Shown: positions 1-9,699, numbered from the stretch's first letter. The stretch: 64,000 nt of DNA from Candidatus Poribacteria bacterium (GCA_965116815.1 OZ220722.1:671050-735049); one strand, 5' to 3'. Program-made: numbers and translations. Notes: a model not told the origin generated them from the sequence alone.

Positions 1-1289
1 TGTAGGTACGGTATTTCAAAGAGATCGCGTCCCAACACCCCGAAGGTCCGTGCTGTGATATACGAGTTGAGCGGTGTATATAGGAATGCAAAGCCTAACA
101 GGAAACTCAATGGGAAATTCGGGACCATCCAGTGGATGAGCCAGACAAATCCACCCATACCGATGAACCACATTAATCCCATCAACCATATTGGAAAATC
201 GCCACGGTTCGGAGGTGGAGCGAAGGTACCGCGTTCACCAGCAGTTTTCTTGGTTTTCCGCATTTTAAAGATCATCGGGACCGAAGCTGCCATCCCTACG
301 ACTGCGAAACTGAACGATTTTCCCATGCTACCGCTCATCCAGAAATCCAGCCCATTGTACAAACCAACACCCCGAACATCTAATCCAGGTTTCCATTGGT
401 GAAGTATCTCAAATCGGTACAGGATTTGTGGGTTCAAGACAAATTGCGTTGCCATTGATGCAATAAATTCTGTCATCACCACCGGGAACGGCAGCACGAA
501 CCCAAAGAGCATCTGTCCGAAGTCCGTATGGAGGGCGAACACACCCGTTGGTGCGAAACCTTCGATACTCTGCGTAAAGTCTATCCACGGAATCTTCAGG
601 ATCTGAATCGGCTGGCTCATCATAACACCGGTGAGCGAAGGCACGCCGATATAGAGGAACCCCCAGATGAGTCCTGCCATTGAGCCGATAGAAAAAATTC
701 GCCACCGCCAGGTTTCCTCTTTGCCTGTCGTTTCGGCGAGCGCGGTTGCTCCTTGGGCACTAATAGGTGCCATCGGATATGGAAGTCGTTCAAGGTCCGC
801 CGTGAGCCTGAACAAGATATACTGCCCGCTGACAAATCGCAACGTACCGAGCAATTTTCCTGCAAGGTAGATACCGATTGGTAGGAGCCAGTCTGGATGC
901 AGCAGACTTCGCGTGAGTACGCCGACGGAATCACCTGCTGGCACGATCCAGTCTGGTATTTTGTCTGCGATTTCGTAGGATGCCGCCTGCGGCGTATTGA
1001 TGAAGTAGGCGTACCAGATAAAGTTCCGGTATTGCAATCCACTTCCGACCGCCGCGCCTGTTAACCCGAGGAGCATATAAAGCTCCTGGCGCCGGGCAGT
1101 CGTGAAAGACCGTCTTGCGAGCTCAGTGAATAGAATAACGGCAACCCAAGGTGCTGCACCAGCACCGGATTGGCCGGATACATAACTGAGATAGATGGAA
1201 CCCGGCATCATCAGCAAGCCAACGAAAAGTGCTCCGATAAACACCTTAACCGTTAATCCTGACTCAAAGGTACGGATACCACCTTCCAT
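1..1289 (-). CDS. Polytopic integral membrane protein of unknown function. Partial: the C-terminus runs off the window. The start is uncertain; an alternative TTG gives end 1346.
   Basis: Manual translation of the minus strand gives one uninterrupted frame from 1289 down to base 1: MEGGIRTFESGLTVKVFIGALFVGLLMMPGS...WLIHWMVPNFPLSFLLGFAFLY. It contains many hydrophobic helices. It is absent from the ORF track because no stop falls inside the window. The listed ORFs 55..402(+), 409..705(-) and 620..1042(-) are out-of-frame shadows of this gene. Confidence 0.5.
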   Translation of the reverse strand, partial: MEGGIRTFESGLTVKVFIGALFVGLLMMPGSIYLSYVSGQSGAGAAPWVAVILFTELARRSFTTARRQELYMLLGLTGAAVGSGLQYRNFIWYAYFINTPQAASYEIADKIPDWIVPAGDSVGVLTRSLLHPDWLLPIGIYLAGKLLGTLRFVSGQYILFRLTADLERLPYPMAPISAQGATALAETTGKEETWRWRIFSIGSMAGLIWGFLYIGVPSLTGVMMSQPIQILKIPWIDFTQSIEGFAPTGVFALHTDFGQMLFGFVLPFPVVMTEFIASMATQFVLNPQILYRFEILHQWKPGLDVRGVGLYNGLDFWMSGSMGKSFSFAVVGMAASVPMIFKMRKTKKTAGERGTFAPPPNRGDFPIWLMGLMWFIGMGGFVWLIHWMVPNFPLSFLLGFAFLYTPLNSYITARTFGVLGRDLFEIPYL

Positions 1290-1377
1290 GTCGTATCGCT
1301 GCGCCCAAGCTTGCCATTCATCTGCTTGTGTTACTCGTTCTCTTGCCAAATTGAGTGTTCTCCTTCCATTAGTTATC

Positions 1378-1446
1378 GGTTATCGGTTATCAGTTATCGG
1401 TAAAGAATTCCTATTTCTGACAACCGATAACTGATAACTGACAACT
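1378..1446. repeat. Imperfect long hairpin / inverted repeat whose arms are tandem heptamers: TTATCGG TTATCGG TTATCAG TTATCGG, a 23-nt loop, then CCGATAA CTGATAA CTGACAA.
   Basis: Seen directly. Bases 1386-1400 (gttatcagttatcgg) are the exact reverse complement of 1424-1438 (ccgataactgataac). With G-U pairs and a few mismatches the stem extends to about 23 bp. The loop contains GAATTC. Confidence 0.55.
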
Positions 1447-1451
1447 AATCG

Positions 1452-1640
1452 TTACTCTCCGTCTGACTCTTTGTCGCTGTCTGTGTCTCGCAATTCTTCC
1501 CAGAAATGTGCCGTAAAAATGCCAATTATCAACACAAGAGCTGATAACATCTGCCATTGCCAACGCCCTCCAAGGGCGAGAATACTAAACAGCCATAAGA
1601 AGGTGCCAATAATGATAATAAGGCTTGCTATTTTCTCCAC
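1452..1640 (-). CDS. Small hypothetical membrane protein (62 aa, two predicted TM helices).
   Basis: ORF with hydrophobic stretches IIIIGTFLWLFSILALG and LSALVLIIGIFTA. It lies immediately downstream of the giant gene on the same strand. Confidence 0.35.
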   Translation of the reverse strand: MEKIASLIIIIGTFLWLFSILALGGRWQWQMLSALVLIIGIFTAHFWEELRDTDSDKESDGE

Positions 1641-1713
1641 GTTTTCTGTCCTTTTTTGATTCGCAATCAGCTATCAGAAAGAGAACTCTTTTCTGACCGC
1701 TGACTGCTTCTTT

Positions 1714-4700
1714 TTAATCTGCTGGCGTTGGTGCTGGTTCCATCTGTGCTGTTTCTTCCGCCGAACCATCTGTGCCTTCAGTTCTGCCGCGTTCATGGAA
1801 CTCTGATCGAACATCGACACTGAACGTCCGCCAAATCAGAAGTTGTTTCCGCAGTAGGTTGAGGAACCGTCGATTCACTCGCTTCCAAGAGGCGATCTCA
1901 CCACTCTCGCGATGTACATCCAACGTAATCTTGTAGAGGTCCTCCTCTTCACCACCCGCTGGGGATGTGACGAATTGAATAGACTGACTCACACCCAAAT
2001 CATAAGGTGCTAACCATACCATCATCCCGATTTGATAGGAATCTTCTGCTTCCTCTTGACTGAAAGCAACCTGGTCCGTGTAGAAGTCGCTGGCGGATTC
2101 GTCTGCGTGCGCCTCAAAGTAATCCCGCATAAAGACGTTCAATCCAAGCGCTTCTTCTTCAAGGACGGTGAAAGGCAGATTGAAATGCCATACGTCACCC
2201 TCAGGTTCAGGGAGTTTCCATTTACGTTCAATATCAGGGACAGCCATCCGTGAGGCTTTAATGGCTGGGTACATGGTACTCAGCAGCACGACAGCCATGA
2301 CGATAATCGTTGCAACAACGGTTGACATTGATGAGTAATTGAGCGTCAATCCGGCAAGCCAACCAAAATGCACGAGAGTTGTCGCTATCGCTTGCCCCAT
2401 GAGATAGCCTAACACTGCGCCGACAATCGCATAGACGCATGCCTCAGCAAGGAAGAGGAAGGCGATATGCACAGGCGCGAGTCCGACGGAACTGTAAATA
2501 CCAATTTCACGAACCCGTTCATAGACTGCGCCAAGCATGGTGTTGAGCACGATAAGTGCTGCGATCAAAATTGGAACGAATAGGTTGCCCATCCCACTGA
2601 AACTCGTCATCCCGATACTGCTGTAGAGGTATGTGTCTTTATCGCGCCCGACGAAGAAATCAAGTGCGATGCGGTTCATAAGTGGTGCCATGATAAGGTC
2701 CAACTTATCTATCGCGCCGAGCAATTTCGGATCGTCATCTCTCGGTTCCATATTAACAGCGACGCTTCGGAGCGTCCCGCCTTGGTTCATAACGACTTCA
2801 TAAGGGAGAATGGCAATACTGTCTGGTGTGAGATGGAGATATTTCTGTAATTCACCTTCGAGGGTCTCATCACCCGTAGCGCCGCGGCTCCGCTGCTGTT
2901 GCATCAATTGATAGTCAACAGGTGTAAGTTCCTCACCATCGTTATCAGTTAGGTCTTTGAAACCGATACCGAGCACACCAACAACGGTGAAGTCGGCACC
3001 GTAAACAGAGACGGTCGCTTTCCCCATATCGCTTTCGGTGATTTTCAGCAATTCTGCCATCCCTTTGGGCAGTACAATCGCGTAGGGCCACTCTGTGGGC
3101 CATTCATGAGCATCTGCTGGGTTGAACCATTTTCCGTATTGGAGGTACCTGTCAATACCGCTGACCCCCGGTTCTGCTTCGTTCATACCCACGAGCATGT
3201 TTGCCGCGAACGTCAACGCTTCACCCGTGAGTTGATGTGTCGGTGGAGATGAATCTGCCGGATTTGGCGTGCGTGTAAGTTGAACAAATGATTGATCCCC
3301 TGTGCCTGAAGACTGATACCACGCACGCGGGGCGACGACGTTCCGAACAGTCACAACCGATTCTTCGTCTACCTGTTCAATGAAACCCCCTTGTTCTAAA
3401 GCGGCGGTTGCTGCTGAAATGTCAATAGGTTGTTGTCCTTGCTTAATGAGCAGTTCGTTCTTACGCTCCAGAAGTCTTTCTAAGGCTGTGAATGTGATCT
3501 GCGTTTTCTGCATGTCGTTTAGCACAGAGGTAAGCACCGGTTCTTCAAGTGGACGCCAGTATTGGTCACGGATAAGCAGTCCTGTATAGCGCGGTGTCAC
3601 CTGCGGCAAACTTGTTCTATTCGGATGCATAAACGTCCGCACAGATGTAAACGAGATGACCGTAAAGGTAAGGATGACCAACGTGCAGCAGGTCAGGATC
3701 GTACGTCCTTTCCGTTTCCGCATGTTGGAAATACCCAAACTAAACGCTGCTGCACTCGCACTCAACCTGCCGACATCAGCTTTATAAACCTTGTTCCCTT
3801 CTTGGCGAATTTTTTCGAGTTGCTCCTCAAATTTCCGGACAATAATACTTATAACGATAACAGTTAAGGCAAGTACAACGAACGCAATCAAGATAATCAC
3901 AGGCGTTGTCGTAATCTGGAATGCAGGGTGAACTTGGCTTAAGAAGAAAAACACAAGTAGAAAGATGGCAAACGATCCGATAATCTGCTTGTGGATATTC
4001 GGGAAACCGAAGATGAGCCGTTCCATAAAGTAGGCAAACGGCATCAGCAAGGCAAGATAGAACATTACGCCGTTAACGACATCGTTACCTGTCTGTTTGA
4101 CATCTGGGTATGCGCGTGATTCGTAACCCCACGCGGCACGTGCGAGTTTGAGTGCCTGTTGGTAATCGTTTTGAAGCAGCTCGGTCTCCGCGCGTGCGAG
4201 GTATTCATTCGCGAATTGATGGAGTTTATCGAGGCGGTCGCTGGAGATACCGAACCGTTTATAGAGTCGCGATCGGTTCTCATCAAGCCACCACATATCA
4301 CGAACAACAACGTAGGGTGTAAGCCGGATCTGTCCATTTTCACGGACGACAAACCCTTCGCCGGTGTAAAGCGTCGGGTTCTTCATACCGCTCTTTGTCG
4401 CCTTAATGAGTAGGAGACGTTTGCCGATCTGTCCGTAAGCCATTCCGACTTTAATGCGAGTGTTCGGTTCGCTATAGACGAGGGCGATAGGTTCGGCTGC
4501 GGAGACCCCTTCCTGCTGCCACGGTTTGGACATTCCGAACTTCTCCGGCGCGCTATCGGTAAGTGCGTCGTATACTTCAAGCTCTCGCAATGTCCGTAGA
4601 TACCGTTGGTCCACCAAGTCGTAGATAGTTGTAGACACGCAGGGGAACGTAACGACACGACACCCACGTCTGCGGGTATTAATTGGAACTTTATTCGGCA

Positions 4701-7700
4701 GCAGTTTCGCGCCGTAATTCCCCAAGTCCGGCGCATAGACGATGTCCCCGGAATCCGGATCAAGAATGTATGCTTCGACCTCTTGGGCACCACCGAGACG
4801 ACGTGTCGCTCTACCTTCCATCGCTAATCCGGCAACCTCAAAGTTCCCTTTGTTATCGCCCATCACAAACAGATCGCCACGCACACCCATCATGGATTTG
4901 TGTTTTCTGCGGAGTGTCAAAATAGGATAAGGCACCGGTTTGTTCGGTAGTGCGGACTCGCGCGCATCGAATTCAACGACATCGCCGAAGAGGTTACAGT
5001 AGAAATTCCCGACGCGTGCTGCAGTGGGCATCTCTTCATCGCGGAGGGCTTGGATAAGTAATGATGCCAATGTCTGTGCTTGTTGATGGAGGTTGCCACC
5101 TTCCTGCAAATCGACGCGTTCAATTGTATCGAGCGGCGTATCCGTTAAAACACGGGCATCTTCAATAGTCGCAAAAGCGATGCCGGTTTTTCCAACAAGT
5201 GTCGCTACCTCGCTGTCAAAGGCGATCTTACCTGGGATATAGGTTTTCCAAGTTTTTCCACCACTTGCGGAGATGGCGTTAACAAAGTTCGACTTGCCAC
5301 CGAGACCCGCAATTGAAATGAGGGTTCTAATGTCCTCAATTTCGTCCTCGGAGAAGGTGTCTGGATCTTCATACCGAAGTCGGAGCATGGCATCTAACTG
5401 CTCACGCGTCCGGATATTGTTCTTCCGATTTTTCTTTGCTGTACGGACATCGTTTCGAATGAAACGCTCTACCTCTTTACGGATATAATCCATATCTTTG
5501 AGCATATCCTCAGAGGGTTCGCCTTGATTGCGCCACTGCTCAAACTGCATCTTCATGAGTCGACTCACACCGCTGAGCCCTGTGAGTTTGTTGAAGTGCG
5601 AACTCAGCAGTGTTTCAAGCGTTTTTCCTTCAAGGGCAGCTTTGTCAGAGATTCCGTTTGCGACCGTCCATTGACGAGTCATCACCGCTTGTCGGATTTG
5701 GTCGTCTGTCCACTGCCAAAGTTTACGAACACGGACACCGAAATCGGCATCTTCAGCGTAAGAGGCAAGTTTATTGCCGATACTTGCGAACTCACGCCGC
5801 AGAACAAATTCGGGCTGTTGATCGTAGAACCATCCCTTATTGAACACCCCGAACTGATTCGACTGTGAAGAGAGATCAATGCTGATATAGAGAGAGGTGT
5901 AGTAGCGGTTAAACAGATCTTGAAGGGCAATAGCCGCCTCGATCTGTCCGAGTTTCCGATTATATTCGTTGGTGTCAATGCGCAACATTTTTTCAACGCG
6001 GCTCTGAATGTTTCGGAAACGTGCGTTTCGTAGGGTGAGTAGATTATCGCGTAGGAGGATCTTGGTCTCTTCATCCAAATCGGTATCTAATGTGGGTAAC
6101 CGTTCAAAGAGATTTTCGAGTGCGATAATATCTGCGTCCGCTCGCTTTTTGACGATTTCTAATAGTGCTGTTTCGCTAATATGTGATGCGATGCGAGAGC
6201 GTAACGAAAGTGCCTGTTCGACTTCTTCTTCTAAGAGGTAATTTTCTAAAATGAGGCGTTCTTCATCCAAATATTCCCGCCCTAATGTTCCGGATGTTGC
6301 AATCAAGTGCTGGATGCGTGTTTGTTCCAATCGGGCGTTCCGCAGTGCAATTTCAAAGATACCTTGTTTGTCCTTGAGAATGTCTGCTATTAATGTAGTG
6401 GTATCAGCGGTGTCTTCAGATTCGGTTAACCGCTGGCGAAGTTGGGTGTCAATAGTATTGAGTCGTTCGATTCCGGCTTTCGACAAAAATTTACCGCCAT
6501 AAACCAGGGAATCACCGCTCAGTTTGCCCATCGGTGTTTCCTTGAGTTTCCGGATGCTTGTTTTGATTGCATCTTCAACCGATTGGCTGTCAGGTATTTG
6601 TGCGAGAATTTTTTCAAGTAATTGGACTTCTCGCTGGATTGCGACTTCTTGGGAGTCGGTAGCCTCGCGCAAAACACTGCGTGCGTCTTTCACTTTATTG
6701 AGTGAGTGTAGGTCAAGATGCCGGTCGAGTATTTTCTCGGGGGTCCACATCAAGGCAAATTTGCTCTTGTCGCTCAGCTCCCAGTTTGCAAGGGTTTTGT
6801 TAAGCATCTCAAGGTCAGGCATGAGTTCTTGCGGGAGGTCTTCCGGTACAGGAATTTGCCAGTCTGAACCCTGTTGTTCGGGGAGAAGGTATGCATGATT
6901 TGGGTGTGTAGCATATTCATTGATGGTGCCGGTCTCTATGGCGCGAATGAGTTTCTCTACCGCCCATATATCGAGGCGGGCTATCGGGAGCGCGAGCGTT
7001 TCAATCAATTCGCGCTGCGCGGATCGGCTTGTGTCAAGGGCAACAGTGCGAACCTCCGTTAATCTTTGAACGATGTCTCGGAGAAAGTGGGTCGTTTGCA
7101 GGGACTCTTTCTTTGAGCGTGCAAGATTTACCAACAAGCGACTCTTTTCTTCACCTGTGAAGCCTTGCTTCTCACGTTTCCGGTTTCTATCTGTTTGTTT
7201 CTTCTGGCGTTCTGAAAAGTCCCGTTGTTGCGCCGTGAGGTTTTCGATTTCAGAGCGCGTCTCTGATAAACCGTCGAGCGTTGTTCCGAGCGATTCCAAA
7301 TCAGCCTTTACCCTATGTATACCGTGGAAGAAATAGGCAGGGAGATCAACAAGGACGCTCCGGTCAATGGAGAGTAGGAGTCTTCTGCCCAATTCTTCAA
7401 ATTCGATGATATCCGTAGAAAGCCCGCGGCGGAGTCCATGCATTGTTGGCGTACCGGGTGAGTCTGTGGCAGACCCCACAATGTCTTGTCCGATACCTTC
7501 CATAAAAGCACGCATTCCAGCAAGCCCTTGAAAATGTCCGTCGATTGCCACAAAGAGGACGGAGTAGCCCGGGCGATATTGGGGCTGACTAAAGAGGCGA
7601 GCGAGTTCCATCAAGGTTGCGATACCACAGGTCGGATCGGCACCGGGTGCCATTGCGGGCACAACAGACATAGAGTCATAATAAGCGGTGAGGATGATGA

Positions 7701-9042
7701 GTTCGTCGCGTAGCGTCGGGTCTCCACCTTCTAAGAATCCGCGTATGTTCTGTCCAACACGGCGTTCCCACGTCATCTTACCTCTAACACGGACATTAAC
7801 CTGATTTCCTTGTGCCTGTTCCGCTTCAAGTAGGTTGGTGAGAACATCCGCATCTTCTTTGGAAAGCCAAAATCGCGGTATGTTAGCGGGGACGGTACCG
7901 AATTTGTTTTCTGCTTCTCCTCGTATAGTGGTTTCGGGTTCAATAAAAATGACAGCCGTGCCACCGAGCATCGCTGCGTTGATGTAACGGGTACTGGAAT
8001 TAAAGTCAAGAAGGACTATAGCCCCTTTCGGGATGAAGATGTGTGATTCGCTTGCGGCGACGAACTCGCCTGTTTCATCGACCTGTCCATCGTTGTTGTT
8101 ATCGATGTCATCGGTAGCGTCGCCAGGGCTTTCATCTGTCCAACCATCGGCATCGTTGTCAATGCCGTCTGTTGCCCATCCCAGAATTTCCGAGAGCAGC
8201 GGTATTTCGCCATATTCGTCAACGGTGCCGTCCTCATCGTTGTCAATACCGTCAGATGCTTTTTGCAGGTGTTCGTTGAGTATGTCGTCAGTAATACTGG
8301 CTTCGGTGATGCGATAGCGGCGGGCGAGAGCCGTGAGGGTGTCTCCATCTTGAAGTTTATACCAGAATCCACCGATGTTTGTGCCGTTGAAATCAGCGAG
8401 TTCGCCATCATCGCCGTAAAGGAGTGGACCGGACAAACCACCTGTTGGGACGAAAACTGTACTCCCTTCAACGATAGGGGTTGGCAAAAATTTGTTTCGT
8501 TCGTCTGCGAGAATAGTCGCTTCAGGGACTTGATAGCTTACGGCTATATCTTCAAGTGTTTCGTCTGCTAAAACGGTATGTTTAATGCCATCTGCTAACA
8601 GAGAGGTACGAACGAGGTTGGGCCAGAGTGGTGTAAGTTTAAAGGTGTGCAGCACAGTGCCTTCAGGGGAGAGCACTTCAACAATACTGTCTCCGTGGTC
8701 GACCGGTACAGTCACAGAGAATTCTCGGCTTTCCACGTTTTGCAAGCCGATCTCAGCGAACCGGTCAAAGATATATTTACTACCACTTGCAGCTTGCGGA
8801 TAGCCTGTTACGCGGCTATCAAGGCTTGAGAGGCGTGCAAGGTCCTTTCGGATGTTGCCAATAGAGAGGTCATCCCGAATCTGAATGGCTGCAGATTGCA
8901 TGCCAGTACTGGAAATTGCTTGTGCATAAGCAGTACCCCACGGTTGCCCAGTGAAAAGCAAAACAGAAAGGAGAAGGGTTAATACGTTTATTAGAGCACT
9001 GAAGCGTAGCGAGTATTGCTCGCGCCTACCACAAATTTTCAT
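1714..9042 (-). CDS. Giant (2442 aa) secreted/membrane multidomain protein. Order: signal peptide, LysM-like segment, Asp-rich Ca-binding-type repeats, PA/M28-family metallopeptidase domain, ~900-aa coiled-coil region, TM helices, then a C-terminal FtsX/MacB-like permease domain.
   Basis: One ORF. N-terminus LINVLTLLLSVLLFTGQPWGTAYAQA is signal-peptide-like. GDTLTALARRYRITEASI is LysM-like. Repeated DGIDNDEDGTVDE / DGIDNDADGWTDE / DDIDNNNDGQVDE motifs. The M28-like core is YYDSMSVVPAMAPGADPTCGIATLMELARLF...SVLFVAIDGHFQGLAGMRAF. The centre is long, E/K/R/L-rich and heptad-like. The FtsX signature is VYERVREIGIYSSVGLAPVHIAFLFLAEACVYAIVGAVLGYLMG, plus flanking TM helices. Confidence 0.7.
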   Translation of the reverse strand: MKICGRREQYSLRFSALINVLTLLLSVLLFTGQPWGTAYAQAISSTGMQSAAIQIRDDLSIGNIRKDLARLSSLDSRVTGYPQAASGSKYIFDRFAEIGLQNVESREFSVTVPVDHGDSIVEVLSPEGTVLHTFKLTPLWPNLVRTSLLADGIKHTVLADETLEDIAVSYQVPEATILADERNKFLPTPIVEGSTVFVPTGGLSGPLLYGDDGELADFNGTNIGGFWYKLQDGDTLTALARRYRITEASITDDILNEHLQKASDGIDNDEDGTVDEYGEIPLLSEILGWATDGIDNDADGWTDESPGDATDDIDNNNDGQVDETGEFVAASESHIFIPKGAIVLLDFNSSTRYINAAMLGGTAVIFIEPETTIRGEAENKFGTVPANIPRFWLSKEDADVLTNLLEAEQAQGNQVNVRVRGKMTWERRVGQNIRGFLEGGDPTLRDELIILTAYYDSMSVVPAMAPGADPTCGIATLMELARLFSQPQYRPGYSVLFVAIDGHFQGLAGMRAFMEGIGQDIVGSATDSPGTPTMHGLRRGLSTDIIEFEELGRRLLLSIDRSVLVDLPAYFFHGIHRVKADLESLGTTLDGLSETRSEIENLTAQQRDFSERQKKQTDRNRKREKQGFTGEEKSRLLVNLARSKKESLQTTHFLRDIVQRLTEVRTVALDTSRSAQRELIETLALPIARLDIWAVEKLIRAIETGTINEYATHPNHAYLLPEQQGSDWQIPVPEDLPQELMPDLEMLNKTLANWELSDKSKFALMWTPEKILDRHLDLHSLNKVKDARSVLREATDSQEVAIQREVQLLEKILAQIPDSQSVEDAIKTSIRKLKETPMGKLSGDSLVYGGKFLSKAGIERLNTIDTQLRQRLTESEDTADTTTLIADILKDKQGIFEIALRNARLEQTRIQHLIATSGTLGREYLDEERLILENYLLEEEVEQALSLRSRIASHISETALLEIVKKRADADIIALENLFERLPTLDTDLDEETKILLRDNLLTLRNARFRNIQSRVEKMLRIDTNEYNRKLGQIEAAIALQDLFNRYYTSLYISIDLSSQSNQFGVFNKGWFYDQQPEFVLRREFASIGNKLASYAEDADFGVRVRKLWQWTDDQIRQAVMTRQWTVANGISDKAALEGKTLETLLSSHFNKLTGLSGVSRLMKMQFEQWRNQGEPSEDMLKDMDYIRKEVERFIRNDVRTAKKNRKNNIRTREQLDAMLRLRYEDPDTFSEDEIEDIRTLISIAGLGGKSNFVNAISASGGKTWKTYIPGKIAFDSEVATLVGKTGIAFATIEDARVLTDTPLDTIERVDLQEGGNLHQQAQTLASLLIQALRDEEMPTAARVGNFYCNLFGDVVEFDARESALPNKPVPYPILTLRRKHKSMMGVRGDLFVMGDNKGNFEVAGLAMEGRATRRLGGAQEVEAYILDPDSGDIVYAPDLGNYGAKLLPNKVPINTRRRGCRVVTFPCVSTTIYDLVDQRYLRTLRELEVYDALTDSAPEKFGMSKPWQQEGVSAAEPIALVYSEPNTRIKVGMAYGQIGKRLLLIKATKSGMKNPTLYTGEGFVVRENGQIRLTPYVVVRDMWWLDENRSRLYKRFGISSDRLDKLHQFANEYLARAETELLQNDYQQALKLARAAWGYESRAYPDVKQTGNDVVNGVMFYLALLMPFAYFMERLIFGFPNIHKQIIGSFAIFLLVFFFLSQVHPAFQITTTPVIILIAFVVLALTVIVISIIVRKFEEQLEKIRQEGNKVYKADVGRLSASAAAFSLGISNMRKRKGRTILTCCTLVILTFTVISFTSVRTFMHPNRTSLPQVTPRYTGLLIRDQYWRPLEEPVLTSVLNDMQKTQITFTALERLLERKNELLIKQGQQPIDISAATAALEQGGFIEQVDEESVVTVRNVVAPRAWYQSSGTGDQSFVQLTRTPNPADSSPPTHQLTGEALTFAANMLVGMNEAEPGVSGIDRYLQYGKWFNPADAHEWPTEWPYAIVLPKGMAELLKITESDMGKATVSVYGADFTVVGVLGIGFKDLTDNDGEELTPVDYQLMQQQRSRGATGDETLEGELQKYLHLTPDSIAILPYEVVMNQGGTLRSVAVNMEPRDDDPKLLGAIDKLDLIMAPLMNRIALDFFVGRDKDTYLYSSIGMTSFSGMGNLFVPILIAALIVLNTMLGAVYERVREIGIYSSVGLAPVHIAFLFLAEACVYAIVGAVLGYLMGQAIATTLVHFGWLAGLTLNYSSMSTVVATIIVMAVVLLSTMYPAIKASRMAVPDIERKWKLPEPEGDVWHFNLPFTVLEEEALGLNVFMRDYFEAHADESASDFYTDQVAFSQEEAEDSYQIGMMVWLAPYDLGVSQSIQFVTSPAGGEEEDLYKITLDVHRESGEIASWKRVNRRFLNLLRKQLLIWRTFSVDVRSEFHERGRTEGTDGSAEETAQMEPAPTPAD

Positions 9043-9699
9043 TCGATTTGATTTACGGACTGGAAACCCCTGAACACATTCAGGAGACGAAAGTCCGTCC
9101 TCCTTATGTATTTTTTTTAAAAAAGGATTAAACCTTTTTTAACTTCGCACGCCTAATGTCTTGGAGAGCAGCGATTTTTCAATACCAAACATCTCTTAGA
9201 AACTCGACGACTTTTGTTTACTCGAACAACGCCTCAAACGAGCTGCGCCTGAAGTCTATTCAGATACGAGCGTATCCGTAGAGGGGCTTCCCATCTGCAG
9301 TGGCGGATGAGTAAAGTTACGAGTTTCTGAGACCGCGAAAGTAGAACAGTCGAGCAGGAAGGTCTTAAGAGGTTCCTCTGACTTGAGTCAGCGGGTAGTT
9401 GGTGTTGTTAAAGTCTCCCACCTTTTTCTGGTTTTCAGATTTCTCTCCGTTGTTTTTCGGAGCCTTTTGGCGTAATTTTAGGAAGCGTAATATGTATATT
9501 CTATACTATTATTACAATTTTTGTCAAATTAAAATTTGCATTTAAGGCTTTTTTAGATTAAAATATATTTCGCGCCTTGCCTCTCATTGAAGCACCATTC
9601 TCTTAAAACCATACTTTGCTGCAACACCGCAGCGATGCTAAAATTCAAAAACTCAGCGGCGATATAACACCCCCGTGCTGTCTGATAAAGGAGCCAAAC

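Noticed and set aside
55-1042. ORF-track entries 55..402(+), 409..705(-), 620..1042(-), 667..870(+)
   Set aside because: All overlap, out of frame, the continuous minus-strand membrane-protein gene recovered by manual translation. They have no RBS and their composition is odd.
1378-1446. CRISPR array or tandem-repeat array
   Set aside because: The heptamer repeats are very short, contiguous and arranged as inverted arms, with no spacers of 25-40 bp. No cas genes are present. At 20417-20566 the structure is likewise a single inverted repeat.
1471-1659. Plus-strand 62-aa ORF overlapping the small minus-strand membrane ORF
   Set aside because: Antisense overlap with no RBS. The minus-strand ORF has the more protein-like hydrophobic periodicity, though neither is strongly supported.
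2032-8829. Dozens of 60-150-aa ORFs on both strands inside the 2442-aa gene
   Set aside because: They are nested in or antisense to the single long ORF, whose frame carries recognisable domains. They are typical shadow ORFs in ~50% GC DNA.
9261-9420. Possible tRNA or small RNA in the long 9.0-9.7 kb intergenic region
   Set aside because: No cloverleaf-compatible stems and no conserved T-loop (GTTCRANYC) or D-loop motifs were found by eye. It is left unannotated.
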